Shown here: piece by piece, positions 51,565-64,000 of the stretch
Layout: each line of letters opens with the position of its first letter
Position numbering within the stretch: position 1 is the stretch's first letter
Assembly (NCBI RefSeq): GCF_004010195.1
Contig: NC_057719.1
Span: forward strand, 39,906,872-39,970,871
Direction: 5' to 3'
Length of the DNA stretch: 64,000 nucleotides
From: Chiloscyllium plagiosum
Taxonomy: Eukaryota
Notes under the pieces: model-generated
Seen by the model: only the letters and a program-made list of their open reading frames with translations
Told to the model about the DNA's origin: nothing
Database searches by the model: none
Translations under genes and position numbers: made by a program

Positions 51565-54500
51565 TAATTATTAATCTAGCAAACTGGCTATTCTTTTTGA
51601 CATTGGCATAGAGCTATATTGATTGTATAGGTTGCTCTGAAAGTTTAGTAGTCTTACACTAAATGTGACAGTTGCAGTTCCATTATTAGTAAGACAAATG
51701 AAGATCTGTGCTTACTTAATGCCTTTCATGTCCTCACTGTCCCAAAGCACCTTACAGGCAACAATATTGTTTTTAAAAATTGCAGCTAGTGTTGTTCAGT
51801 AAGAAATATGGTGGTCTTTGTGGAAATGAATCCTTCTCTTCGCAGTGAAAACACTTCTTGTGTTGCATAAAATTACTACTAGGCTAAATGGGAAAGATTG
51901 GGAACAATTCTTCCAGCTGAAAACTTAGTCAATAGTGTCTCAAATGATATCAGTTGCAGCAGAATTGTATCCCTTCGTAATCTGTGACCATGGGCTTATC
52001 CTCTTCTCTGCCATTACCGTTAAGCCAAGGCATGATAAGATTGGTGTTGGACTTAGAGAACCCATATAAGCATGGCGTGTATACGTATACATTTTCTTAA
52101 GAGTTGCTGCATCATAAGTGTTTGGGATCACCCAACCAATTTATCAGGTAGGATGGAGTGAGGTGTCAGTAGAAACTGACCTCTTGGATTGAGTGACCTG
52201 TTTGTATAAAATTCTATGTAATGCAAATTCATCTTTCTTGACCACAGCACTCAGACAGTTAGTTGAATTTTGAACTAGTGTTAATGAAAGACAGGAGAGG
52301 AAAATAATTGAATTTGCATGACCAGTACTAACTTCAGGCTTCTGAGTAAAAAGAATCTCTTTCAATTTGTTTCTTACTAACTTGATGATATGTGAACTAA
52401 GTGGCAAATGCTAAGATCATATTGTTGAAAATATGAAGAGGTGTTAAATTTATCCAATAAAAGCAGTCATTAAAAAAATGACCAAGTTAAACGTAATGCT
52501 ATTGTTTGAGGAACAAGAATGTTTTGTTGAACATTTCTCAAAGGAGACTCCAAAAATGCAGTAATACTGATGACGTTCACTAAATTTGATTTTTTTTTGT
52601 ATTCCCTAAATGGGTCAAATAGATTTGACTTCAAATGTGTTTATAGTGGCAAGTAATTAATGTGGTAATAATTTTTTAAACTTCACTTTCTGAAAGTTTT
52701 TACTTCTCAACACAGTTCATACAATTGGAAAATTTGAAAACTATTTGCTGAATTACCAAGGGCAGTATGTTCAAGTTCTGGGATACTCAAAGTGCCTTCC
52801 TCATCTAAGTTTTCTCTTCCTATTTCCTGAAAATGGTGATTAATAGCTGGAGTGCAGGTCAAGGATATTGGCAGCCCTCTGATGATTTATCCAGTAGTCT
52901 AAGGTTCATGCATGAGTTTAGGCAGTGTGTATTGATAGACAATAGTGAAATGTCTCAAGACTGAGTCCAATCCTTTTTCTTCAGTGGCATCCACACAGGC
53001 AGACCTTAAAAAAAAATGCAATATGATCAAATATATTATCCTGACTTTTGTATCTTTGAACAAAAGTCAGGATAATAAATTTGATCATATTGTACCTTTT
53101 TTCCCCACTGGGGGGGAAAAAAATGTCATGGCTTCTTTATTGTGAATCAGATTTTGTTATCACAGCATTATCTTTTAAATATGTTTTATCAAGTGTACTG
53201 ATGTTGTGTAAAATGAAAAGTAAGTATGCCAAAAAATGTAAAATTGAAGTCAGATTAAAATTTTGAACTGCTTTTTTCATTATATGGAGAAACTTGCCTT
53301 AATTCCTGTCAAATAGCTAAATAGCCTTTGTGAATAAGCTTATGGATTTTCAATTCAGTGTTTCATTTCTGTTTCAATGATATTCAAAGGTCTGTTCTGC
53401 CTGGGAATGGTGGTTTCCTACTTTATGACTTCCATGCTAGCATGCTACGTATTGACAAAAAAAATTTTTGGTTATCAGTAAGTTATTAATAATATGGTCT
53501 TTGATTTATTTTACTAAATTGAGATGGAAATCAAATATTGGCTTGACTGCTGCAATCCCACTTCTGGACTAATTTGTTTAGCAGCTATACAACAAGGCAA
53601 TTCAACTGTAATTGTAAACAGTGGACATGTTTTAAATTACAGTTGTGCTTGCTTTTGTTTTAACTTTGCGTGGTTTCTGTTTGATTTTTTTTTGTTTTGT
53701 TGGTCTTTTTCATGAGTTGACTGCTTGCCATTTTTTAAAAGTGTTTGATTTTGTAAAAAAGCTCTCTTTATATTTTAGATCAGTATTTACTCAGGTATTC
53801 CTCCAACAATACTTCATTCTATTGTAGAATAACTTCAACTACCTTATGAGGCTTTCAGAAAAGAACCTTAAAATGAAGTGAGCACAACTAGAAGGATACC
53901 CAGTACTGAACTGAACAATTCTACATTTAACCTGACTGCCTTCTTCCCTATGTTTAACTCATACTGGACCCAGAAAAATAATCTGGTATCTTTAACTCTG
54001 TAATGGTAACAATTTTGTTTGTCACGGTTTTTTGCCGTTTGTGATCTATATTTCTGGTTTAAAAAGAAATCTTACATTGTTTTTTTGGTAAGGTAGCTTA
54101 ACATTCATTTTGTAAACTAGCAAATCTTTTGCTAAATTATTAGTTGAACCTCTTGCTAATTATAGAATTAGTTTTGTAAACAGAATATGTTAAGTTTGCC
54201 TGTGTATTAGCTGAAAAATGTTCAGCAACCAGTTAATGAAGAACCAAAAGTTCTGTTTATATTACTATGATAACCACAGTACCCTAAAACCATCTTCATT
54301 GTGAATGAAATGAGCCACATGCAAGTGGAGAAGTGCCACACTAAGAACAAGTTCATAGTTTAGTGTAGTGTGACTGCAGCGTTAGAAATTATTTGTCACC
54401 AAGGAAGGTATTTTGTGTGACCAAGCAGAATTGGTCAATACATATAATGATTGCCTTTTGTTACTCATATTGCCAAATTTATTTGGAGCTTTTTATAATT

Positions 54501-57500
54501 CATGCCGCATCACCACCCACCTTTCCTCCTTTGTGTTCTTGCCTAGACATTCCTCATCCCTTATTGATTTATTCTCACCTAGTAATTGTTTCCATGCTGG
54601 GGTTGCTGCAGTTTATGGGTAGTGAGAGTTCTGTTGCATAATTTATTCAAAAGGTGTCATGTAGGAGTGCTGGCAAGTGTCTCAATCATTACTTGTCATC
54701 TCTGCTAATGACAATTTTAATTATATACATCACAGATAATTCCAGTTAATAAATGTGTTGCTAAATATAAGACTGTGATACATACTTTTGCTGTTGACTT
54801 GAATATCGCTTAATAATGGAGATTGAAAGGTCAAAGTATGGTCCCTCTTCTTAGTTGAATACTCACTGAGATAACAGTTGCAGAAAATATTACTCGAATG
54901 TAATATAATGATTCCACTTTCACATTCACACACGTGCCATTATTTACATTTGTCACTTGTACTTTCAGTTCATAAGATTACTTTGAACTAGTGACCAGAA
55001 TAGAATGAAATTGGAACGTTCTGTTTCTTTCCTGTGATTGCTTAACCTCTTGACTGGTTTTTAATAATCTTAATCCTGCAATGGTTAAGATAATTAGCCA
55101 AACAACCAAGCTCATCCATTATGACTGGCATTGTTGAAACCATGAAGAAAACTAAATAATTTCCTTTCCCTTTAGGAACTTGGACTGTCTTAATTTTATC
55201 TAAATCAAAGCAAATGGGAATCATATTTTAATTAAATGGATGTACTAAGTTATACAAAAATTCTCTGATTTGCTCTTCTGTATGTTAAATTACTGGGAAA
55301 AGTTTTGAAATTCTTATTGTTGTGGGATCTGTTTAGAGATGCAACTAATATCACTAAACTGTTTACTATGCTTATTAGTTCTGAAGCCTATCAGGTACAA
55401 GAATGTATGAAGTTTTCTAACTGTTGCCAGCAGGTTGACTGCTTCCTCATTAGAGTAGTGGAGATGACTAGAAATCCTTTGAGTGTCAGTTTGATTTTAT
55501 TCATGCAGTTTTTGCCCACTGTGTGCTGATTAGTGTCTCTTTCTGAAAAAGCAATCTTGCTGGGGAGCTGAAATTGGGGATTTAAAAAAAAATTCTCATT
55601 CAGGGAGGCCAGTTGAAAAAACTTAGTCGTGCAATACAATGTGAAGAGGCCCTTTGGTTCTGCACTGACAAAAACTACTCTAAATCCACACCGCTCCCAT
55701 TTTCCAGTCTTCAATGTTCTGAATGTTGATCAAATATGTCCACCTTTCATTTAAGCAATGTGGCCACACCTTAGATATTCTCCACGCATTAGCAATGCAA
55801 TCTCCTAGGATGGTCAAATTAAAAGAACAGACTAAAGGAAGGAAGGCTCTGTGGGGAAAGAGTTCTGAGAAATTTTCCTTCTACTCAAATGTAATCAGAA
55901 ACTATTTCTAGGAGATGGGTACATTATCTAGCATCATTATCTACTTTTGTATAGTCCTTTGAAACATTTGCAAGAAATACACAGCCATTGTAAGTGTTGG
56001 TAACCTGTTCTAAAAGTCAGTCATTCTTTGGGAAAAAAAATCTTCTTGACATTTAACCTTGTTACCCTAATGTTTCTAATTCAAAAAATCTGCTTAAACC
56101 TTATCCCTTCATCATTTTATATATTTGTTTTCCTGAAGTAATTGAAAGCGGACTGAATGAACCATTTTGATTGGTTGCTGAGGTCTTAACTGCTCATCCC
56201 AGAGGCTATTTGCTGTTGAGATTCAGTCATTTAATTGAAATACTAGCTGAGCTATTGCTGCTCCTTATCCAGTAAGAACCTAAACCAATGTGGCAATAGG
56301 TGGCCAAGGAAACCTAAAAACAAAGGGAAGTGACCATTCTCAACATTATGCTTCAAGTGGATTTACAGTACTACTAAAGTTGAATTCATTGCAAAACACT
56401 CTGTACAGCTGATGCTTTTATCTTAAAACAAAGCTGGAATTTGACTGCTAAATGCAGATGTTGAAAATAATCTTTTGAAATTGAGTGTTTAGTTTGTAAA
56501 ATTTATTTGTATGTAAATACGTGTACATAGATCTTTAACATTTACTGTTGTGGGCCTAAACTTAATTGCAACAGAAAGTATTTCACAACTTGAGTTCATA
56601 TTTGTGTTCAGTTCCCACTGAAAGCATTATGCATTGGTCACAATTCTTGTGTGTTCAGTTTTATTTTAAACAAGATTGAATTCCAGAGTAGCCTGTCAAT
56701 CAAACTGGCTTGCCTGAGTTGGGTGAGTGGGAGTTCAGTTGCACTGCCAAATATGTCAAGTAGATCCAAGTTGATCTATTGGGTCAATGATAGAAAATAA
56801 ATCATTAGTTTTGTTTGAAGCACCTTTCCAATCTTCTCAGTCATACAATAATAACTGTCTATGGCTCTGACTCGATTGCTGTCTTGGAAAATTTAAAGGA
56901 AAGAAGGAAGGATTTCTAAAGTGTGTAAAGCCCTGAACAAGTTCCAGCATAAAACATTTTCATAAGTGATGCTAAAGCAAAGACTGGTTATATAGTTTGC
57001 TTGTAAGGAGTAGTGTGATAGTGCTGAGAAAGTCTGTTGGACTCATGGTTTACAGGCCAATCAGAATTGCAGTGGTTTGATCTTTGACTGTTTGTCTGAA
57101 AGAGTTAAGTTTGGGTAAAGGTTTCCAGCATTTCAGTCAGGCTTGATTTTGATGCAGTGCTGCCTCAGTAAGTTTTTGACTCTTGTTTTTACTTTGTTTC
57201 TCCTTCCTTTTTTAAACCTTTTATAAGAACAAATAAAAACTTAAATTAATATGCATAATCGAAATCAACATTTCTCTCTGGAGAAAATGGCAACTATTCA
57301 TGCAAATAGAACAGTTTTAGGAAGAACTTTTTATTCAGTAAATATGGTTAATGCTTTAAACAATAAAGTTTGGGAATTATGGTATAGATTTTAAATTACA
57401 TTCCATGGAATGTAAGATTCATTAGGCCTGCCATATTATTGACGCAAATAAAATTTATTTCACTTTGAAAATTCAAACAGGAATTGACCCTAGCATGTTT

Positions 57501-57733
57501 AAACTATCATGAAAATAACTGATTCAAATCATTTCAACATCAATGCTAGAATCTGGTGTCAGTGATTTCTTCCAAGAATAATGTATGGTGCCTTTAACAT
57601 CAACATTGACTGAAAAGCTGTTTTGAGTTCAGCAAGAAAAGAATACTTTACTGTACTTTAAAATCTGTTATGCTTTGTCATTGAGCAGTAATTCTGATTG
57701 GTTTATCCTTGCATGTCACTGACATGGGTGCAG

Positions 57734-57800
57734 TATGAAGCGTGCCAACTCTTTGAATATACTTAACACAAATGGCAAGGCTACTGAAGATCCTTTTCAA
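57734..57800 (+). CDS. klc1: KLC1 coding exon 14 (MKRANSLNILNTNGKATEDPFQ)
   Basis: GCAG ends 57733, donor GTAAGC at 57801; 67 nt completing the phase-2 Gly codon; matches the KLC MKRAxSL motif. Confidence 0.9.
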
Positions 57801-58984
57801 GTAAGCCCTATGCATTTTTGCTAGTCAATATCAGTGGCAGTGTCTGGGCTGAAGAATCTCGACAGACATGTTTTACATTTCTGTTATTCACTGAAATGAT
57901 TTTTATTGATGCCAATTACGTGCATGCGTGCACACCATTGGAAAATGTCTATTTCTTGCTATCTTTTTCACAATTGTCATCTTGCAATAATCTTTTTCTG
58001 CCAAGCTAATACTGCTTCAAAATTTCCTAGCTTGTCACACTTAATTACTGCTGGCTTCAGATAAGACACTGCTGCTTCTATCTAATTTCCTCATTTTTGT
58101 GCCTCAACCTGTTACCAATTCTAAGGAATGCTGCTGTCAGTATGAAGTACACTATAAACAATAGACTTTTATTAACATTTCCTACTATAGCAAATTCAGA
58201 AATTTCCATTATAAATCAAAATTAGCTCAACCTTCACATCTCTAGTGTATTGGAGAATTGAATGCTTTCAACACATCTGACTTGACTTCAGCATTCTGTA
58301 TCATGTAACATTTATTGAAATTAATAATTTATGAAGTAACCTCAGTAAATGTTTCATGTGTATATTTACATTAACTAATTGCTAAATGACCTGTGGATTA
58401 TTTAAAAAGTAATACTTGCTACTAACTGGAGTTTTGTGGTTTTCTTTCTTTATAACCCATTGACAAGAATCAGGTATGGAGATGCATAAATGAGCTTCTA
58501 AACTTTTGTGTTTTTATATAAAAAAATCATGTACTATTGTGGGCCTAAATATTTCCAAAATAATTCCTAACATTCTCTACTTTTTGTCTTTCTGCTTTAA
58601 AGGTTAAATATTGCATTTCAATGATATTGATTCAAACAGATGCAAATTTATTCTTAACACAACTATTGCATTTTCCCACGTGTCTTTATTGAAAAAGATT
58701 CAGCACTTCTTGTTCGATAACACTGAAACGAAGATGTGTTGTTAGTGCCACTTGTGTTTGACTGTGCTACGTCAAGTATATTATCTTAAATCTGTAACTA
58801 GTTCCATTATTAAGAATGAAAAAAACAATTTGGAGCAATGGATCTAATTGATGTATTATATTCCAGAATGTCAGTTGGTGCTGGAGCTAAATTTTACTCC
58901 GTCTAACATGTATTTGCAGAGGGAAACATTACAAGCATGACCTTTTAATTCCACTATCCCAGTCTCTTGATATATCTGCTTAAG

Positions 58985-59760
58985 TGAAATCACAATGTCC
59001 TCCACATACTTATAATTAAACAGAATTAATATGCTATTAATAAATACAATGGTTAGTTTTAGTCAGAACACAATGCTCAATTCTGCATATCTACTGTTTA
59101 ACATTCTAAGTGGTGTCCCCAGAGATCTATACATGGGCCTCAGCTTTATTCTACATTTATAAATTACTTCATAAAGGAATGGAGTTCCAAACATCCAGGC
59201 TTATTGATGATACTGAGTTAAGTGGCAAAAAGATATTGTTAGTTTATGTGAGCAAAACTGGCAGATGACACTGTAAAATTTTTACATCTAAAATTAGCAA
59301 ATATTCCAAATGTTTCGAAGTTGGGAACTGTGGAGAAACAAAGATTTAAAGGTACAAATGCAGAATTCAGTAGAAATTAATGAACAAATGCAAGTGGGAT
59401 CTTGGTCTTTATCTCAAGAACGTGAAAATTACATTTAAGTTATATAGTAATTTCTGCATTTAGAGTATGCATACAACTGTACGCACCACACCTCTGGAAA
59501 ATGATGAACTTTGAAGATATATAGCTAATTTTTTTGAAATGATACCGAAGTTTTAAGGCTGTAATTATGAGAATGAGACTTATAGACTTTTCCCTTGTAC
59601 AGAAGATTAAATGAATATATAATTGATGCATTTAAGATGACTAAAGATGTTGATAATGAGAGAGAAAACTTGTCTGAATGTCTGGGTATGAGTCTAGAAC
59701 AAGTTATGGCCCATATGTTGCAGACAGCAGTAAAGCAGTGGCACTCTGACTTGAAGAAAA
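58985..59760 (+). mobile_element. Very old CR1-type RT fragment
   Basis: AGTGGTGTCCCCAGAGATCT (GVPQGS-like) and ATTGATGATACT (DDT-like) remnants. Confidence 0.5.
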
Positions 59761-60129
59761 CTGCCAGTAATGATCTAATGATTTCTGCATGGATTTCACA
59801 TTTCCTGATATTAGCTTAAATCTGGCACTGTTGAGGAATCTCCAGATGTCCAGCAACAATTATGTCTTTAAGCAGGCTAAGCTCACACAGAAGCATTCTC
59901 CTAAAAACAAACCAATAAGTAAAATGCATTAATTATCCTTAACTTTTAATTGAATTTTACACAGAGTAAAATGTTTTGGGTCATAGACACAGGATTAAAA
60001 AGAAGGTGAAATGAAAGATATTTTTGAATTGTAATCAAGAAACTTTATATTGCACAAATTAAACTTAATTTCAATGGGCTAGAGAGTGTGTTCAGCCAAA
60101 ATTATAAACACAGCACCTTTTCCACTTTA

Positions 60130-60330
60130 GTGTGGTACTAGTTAGTTCAGTTGGCTGGCTTGTGATGCAGAATGTGATATTCAATTCTGGTGCCAGCTGA
60201 GGTTAATGTGAAGGACCCCCCTTCTCACCCTCTCCCATCGTCTGAGACGACCCTCCGGTTAAATCACTACCAGTTGTTTCTCCATAATGAGAGCAGACGG
60301 AGACTGTAGTTTGCTGGGATTGTGGAGAAT
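60130..60330 (+). mobile_element. Decayed tRNA-derived SINE
   Basis: TAGTTCAGTTGGCT A-box-like head, TTCAATTC B-box remnant, about 200 bp. Confidence 0.45.
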
Positions 60331-62756
60331 TTTTTTTTTAGACACAGGCAATTAAAAGCTCAGTTTCATCTCGCTCAATGATATGGAACCTTTTCAAGAA
60401 TTTTTACAGTGGGACTAATAATGTAAAAGGGCTAGTTCTCATCAGTTCAGTGTTTTTTGTTTGATTATTGTCTTTCAGGTGATCACACTATGGAGAGTGT
60501 AGAATTGCTGACAACTTATGGATTTCAACGTTTAACTGTGCATGTGCAAATTGTAGGAATTGCTGACCATATCAGGAATATTGGTGCCAAGCATTAACAT
60601 TCACATTAATTCCACAAAACCAGACCATTAATTTAGAAAGAACTCTTGAGGGGAAGTGTCAGGAAATACTTTCTCACATGAATCATGGAAGTTTTAAATT
60701 CTTGTGAACAAGTTATTGAAGCTAGGTCAATTGAACGTTTGATTCTGAAATTGTCAGAATTTTGTTAGGCAGGATATATTAAAAGTTACAGAACAAAGAG
60801 GAGTTTAGAATACAGGTCAGCTTGATATAATAGAATGCCAGAACAGGTTGAAGATGCCCTGAATGGCCAACTATTGTAGCTTTTCTCCTCTCAGATATCC
60901 ATCTAATTCTGAATGGAATGTTTTGTGCCACTTCTGATATGTGGCTTTTAATTTCTGCCATTAATTCCCATTTATAATTGAATAATTGGTGCAGAACAAA
61001 AACAACATGGTGTATTCTTTTTGTTGAGTTTAGTTTCTTTGAGTAAAATAGTGGCATTTGTTTTTTCTAGGAGAAATCTTTGTCTGCCTTTGTAAAACAA
61101 AAAGTTTGCTTTTGACAATTGTGTTTTGGGTTGACTTTTTCTATGGAATAGCAATTGTTAAAGGTTACTGAAAATATAAGATAATTCTGTTTAAAAAAAG
61201 GTTATGGCTCATTCTTTTTGAGGTAATTTCTTGACATTGTTAAACCTGAGCTGTACAAAATCTGAATGTGTCTGTGTATTGGCTACATGTGAGGAGTAGC
61301 AGTATCTCTAAATATATATAGCCTTCTGTTCTCAAGAGATTTGTGTTTAAAGAAAGAATGTCATATCTTTTTACAAACAATACAACAATAAAGAGGACAA
61401 GGAGGCAAAAAAAAATCAAAGTGGGAGAAGACATGTATACTTAGGGAGGTTGGAAACAGTTAATAACTTCTGCACAAGAATGCATCTCATGGGTTTTTTG
61501 TAAGGAAAGTGGAATTGCAGATATAGTTTAGTGTGTAATGTAGCCAGTAACCTTGCCATAACCTGAAAGTAATTGGAAGCTAAATATCCCAGTTGCAAGA
61601 TTTTTTTACAAACCCTATGATATAACGAAAGGGAAAGAAGCATCGATAGAGAACAGAATTACTAGTCAAAAAAGAATTGGTAATGGAATCGATGGACAAA
61701 TGTACAATCACCAGAGAATGTAGGAAGCTGGTACAAGTAGTTTATAGGCCTCTTAACAAGCTAATAAAATGGGATATCTATAAATACTGTGGTTAGGGAA
61801 GCCTATAGGAAAATAAAATTCATTATAATTTTCACTTTTCACACTGAGCAAAACGTGTTTCCACAGTCCTGCAAATTGAAATAGGAGAATAATTTGGATA
61901 TTTTAAAATTGGATACAAGATAGAGTATAAAACTGAATGTAAATGATTTATATAAATCATCAGTTAGATTTTTGACTAGTACCTATCTTTTGGGAACATT
62001 GTCAAGACCATATAAGATATAATAGAATCAGAATATGTACTATTTCATTAAAATGATAACTTGTTAAAAAAAAAATTCAAGCTGGTGGAGGTGTTTAAAG
62101 ATGTAATAGTAGATGGGGAAAAAGAATATTTCCATTGATTGGTGGGTTTGACATATTGTGTAAAAGATTGGATTTCTTATGTTCAAATCACTGGAATGGG
62201 GCTTCTGTCCACTCACCTAAGAGGCTAATGCTTTGATAATTATGGAACATAAGGTTTTGATTTAGGTTAATCTTAAATTTATGTTGTCCAGTCATGCAGC
62301 TGCATTGGCTACAAGCAGTTCACAGGTTGAGTGTTCTGCAACAAGTAATACCTGACTATCCAAAGCTGTTGTACCATCTACAAAGAACGTGTGAGTAGTA
62401 CATTGGAATCTTTTCCACAAACTTGGCAGCTCCAACACAAGGAGTTTGTCACCCTCTAGGACATAGCATTCAAATATAATGATAAATGTTCACCACTTCA
62501 ACCACTGTACCAGCCTGACTGTAGTGTGCCACCATTGATACTTCACAGCAACTCACGATGGCTTTTTCAACAGTACCTTTTGTACCTGTGATCATTAATG
62601 CATGGAGGGGGAAGGGAAACAATGACATTGGAACTGAAATAACTACACATAGGCCAGTATTCCTGTTACCAAGTCACCCTTTGTTTACTTGTACACAGTA
62701 CACTGGCTGTGGCCAGCCAGCTTAGAGTCAGTCCCCTGAACTGAGGGGATACCAAA

Positions 62757-64000
62757 TCCCTGTTTATATTTTTTTCTCTAACAGGGGTAGTACTTATTTT
62801 TCCCCAGCACTCCAGTTTTGTGTGTTTGTAGGTGTAAGACACAGTAAATGAACAAGTGCATAAAACTTTATTCATAATCCCCCACCAGGAAGAAAGAAAA
62901 CACCTGGATGGCATTGCCGCCCTCCCATGTTTGTTTTTGTTTCTAACTGAGAAGATTCTAATCTTCTGGTTATTTTTTTTCCTCTTTTTTTCTCCCACAC
63001 TACTACCTAACAGTGGTAGTGCTTATTTTTCCCCAGCACACATGTTATGTGTGCAGATGTAGGACACAGTATATGAACAATGAGTACATAAATCTTTATT
63101 CATTGTCCACCACCAGGAAGGAAAGAAATACCCGAGTGGCCAGTGACCAGCAATGCCCTTCTCATCAAAGAGGAATGCTGTGTGATCAGGAGGTGAAGGT
63201 GGGGTGGGGTGCAGGGACTAAATCAAAATAGAGTCAGAGGGGGCAATAAAGCACTCCACACCCTGCGGTGTCCACCTCTCCCTTAAAACCTCAAGAGTGT
63301 CGGTAGACAGTGTGCTCCTCCTTCAGGGGCATCCAGGTTCAAATGTAAGCGCGCAAGAGGGGCAGGCAATCTGCCCTAAGGCCTCCCACTGCACGGCCAG
63401 CTGCCTGGACCGGTTTATGGCCAGTTTGGCCAGGCCCAGAAACAGATCCATGAGGAGGTCCTCTGACCTGCCTTTCTTCCCTCTGCACCTGGTGCCTGAA
63501 GATCAGGAGTGTGGGGCTTAAGTCTAACCAAAAGCAGAGGAGAAGGTTTTTCAGAAAACTAAAAAGGGAGTGCAAGTGCCCACACTCAATATATACATTG
63601 TACATGGACTCCATCCACTGTTTATTTATTTTTTCTTAACAAGCGTGTAAATCTTTATTTATATTCCACCACCAAGAAGCAAGGAAACACCTGAGTGGCC
63701 AGTGACAAGCAATAGAGATGGAAATGTGTTGCTGGAAAAGCGCAGCAGGTCAGGCAGCATCGAGGGAACGGGAGAATCGACGTTTCGGGCATTAGCCCTT
63801 CTTCAGGCTAATGCCCGAAACGTCGATTCTCCTGTTCCCTAGATGCTGCCTGACCTGCTGCGCTTTTCCAGCAACACATTTCCATCTCTGATCTCCAGCA
63901 TCTGCAGACCTCACTTTCTCCTCACTGACAAGCAATACCCTTCTCGACAAAGGGGAATGTTGTGTGATCAAAAAAGTTAAGGGGAGTGCAGGGATTAAAT
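62757..64000 (-). mobile_element. Tandem 3' ends of a Tx1/L1-like LINE
   Basis: Minus ORF ES..NV..EC..L..LF..L..LLL.FWL..SPTLLIF...ADCLPL.R.Y (ORF2 C-terminus); 3'UTR block TTTATT..CCACCA.GAAG..AG.AA.ACC repeated at about 62865, 63095 and 63655. Confidence 0.65.
63715..63923 (+). mobile_element. 209-bp palindromic PLE-derived mini-element with 14-bp TSD
   Basis: 84-bp arms 63714-63797 and 63806-63889 with 2 mismatches and an 8-nt loop; A(G/C)TGACAAGCAATA at 63701 and 63924. Confidence 0.88.

Noticed and set aside
56140..56325. Minus-strand acceptor CTTTGTTTTTAG near 56313 as an antisense exon
   Set aside because: All three frames stop within 30 codons and resemble nothing I recognise.
57801..64000. 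Final klc1 exon (LSASHTDL-type tail)
   Set aside because: No matching phase-0 exon found; probably downstream of the window.

Overview
Vertebrate, almost certainly elasmobranch (shark/ray), genomic DNA; the taxon is inferred from HE1-type V-SINEs and HER1/CR1 LINEs. The window is one + strand gene, kinesin light chain 1 (klc1). I traced 14 coding exons by hand (274-57800; all GT-AG, phases compatible; 617 codons). There is also an alternative donor in coding exon 12 and a candidate short terminal exon (Ala-stop, 47348) with its own 3'UTR. The last exon of the long isoform appears to lie beyond the window. Introns are dense with retroelements: CR1/HER1 LINEs, a second APE-RT LINE with a tRNA-like head, Tx1-like and Rex1-like 3' ends, V-SINEs, DeuSINE-like remnants and several Penelope-like element (PLE) families. 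The most striking signal is a young PLE-derived family with a minimal hammerhead ribozyme motif, inverted arms offset by a 35-39 nt tail, and 14-16 bp target-site duplications. It occurs as a 209-bp near-perfect palindrome, as a gap-spanning copy, and as a 1.6-kb composite whose 100%-identical arms enclose older, decayed CR1 and PLE cargo, which suggests PLE-mediated transduction. A 931-N assembly gap lies at 17277-18207. Repeat family names come from motif recognition, not database searches, and boundaries of old repeats are approximate.
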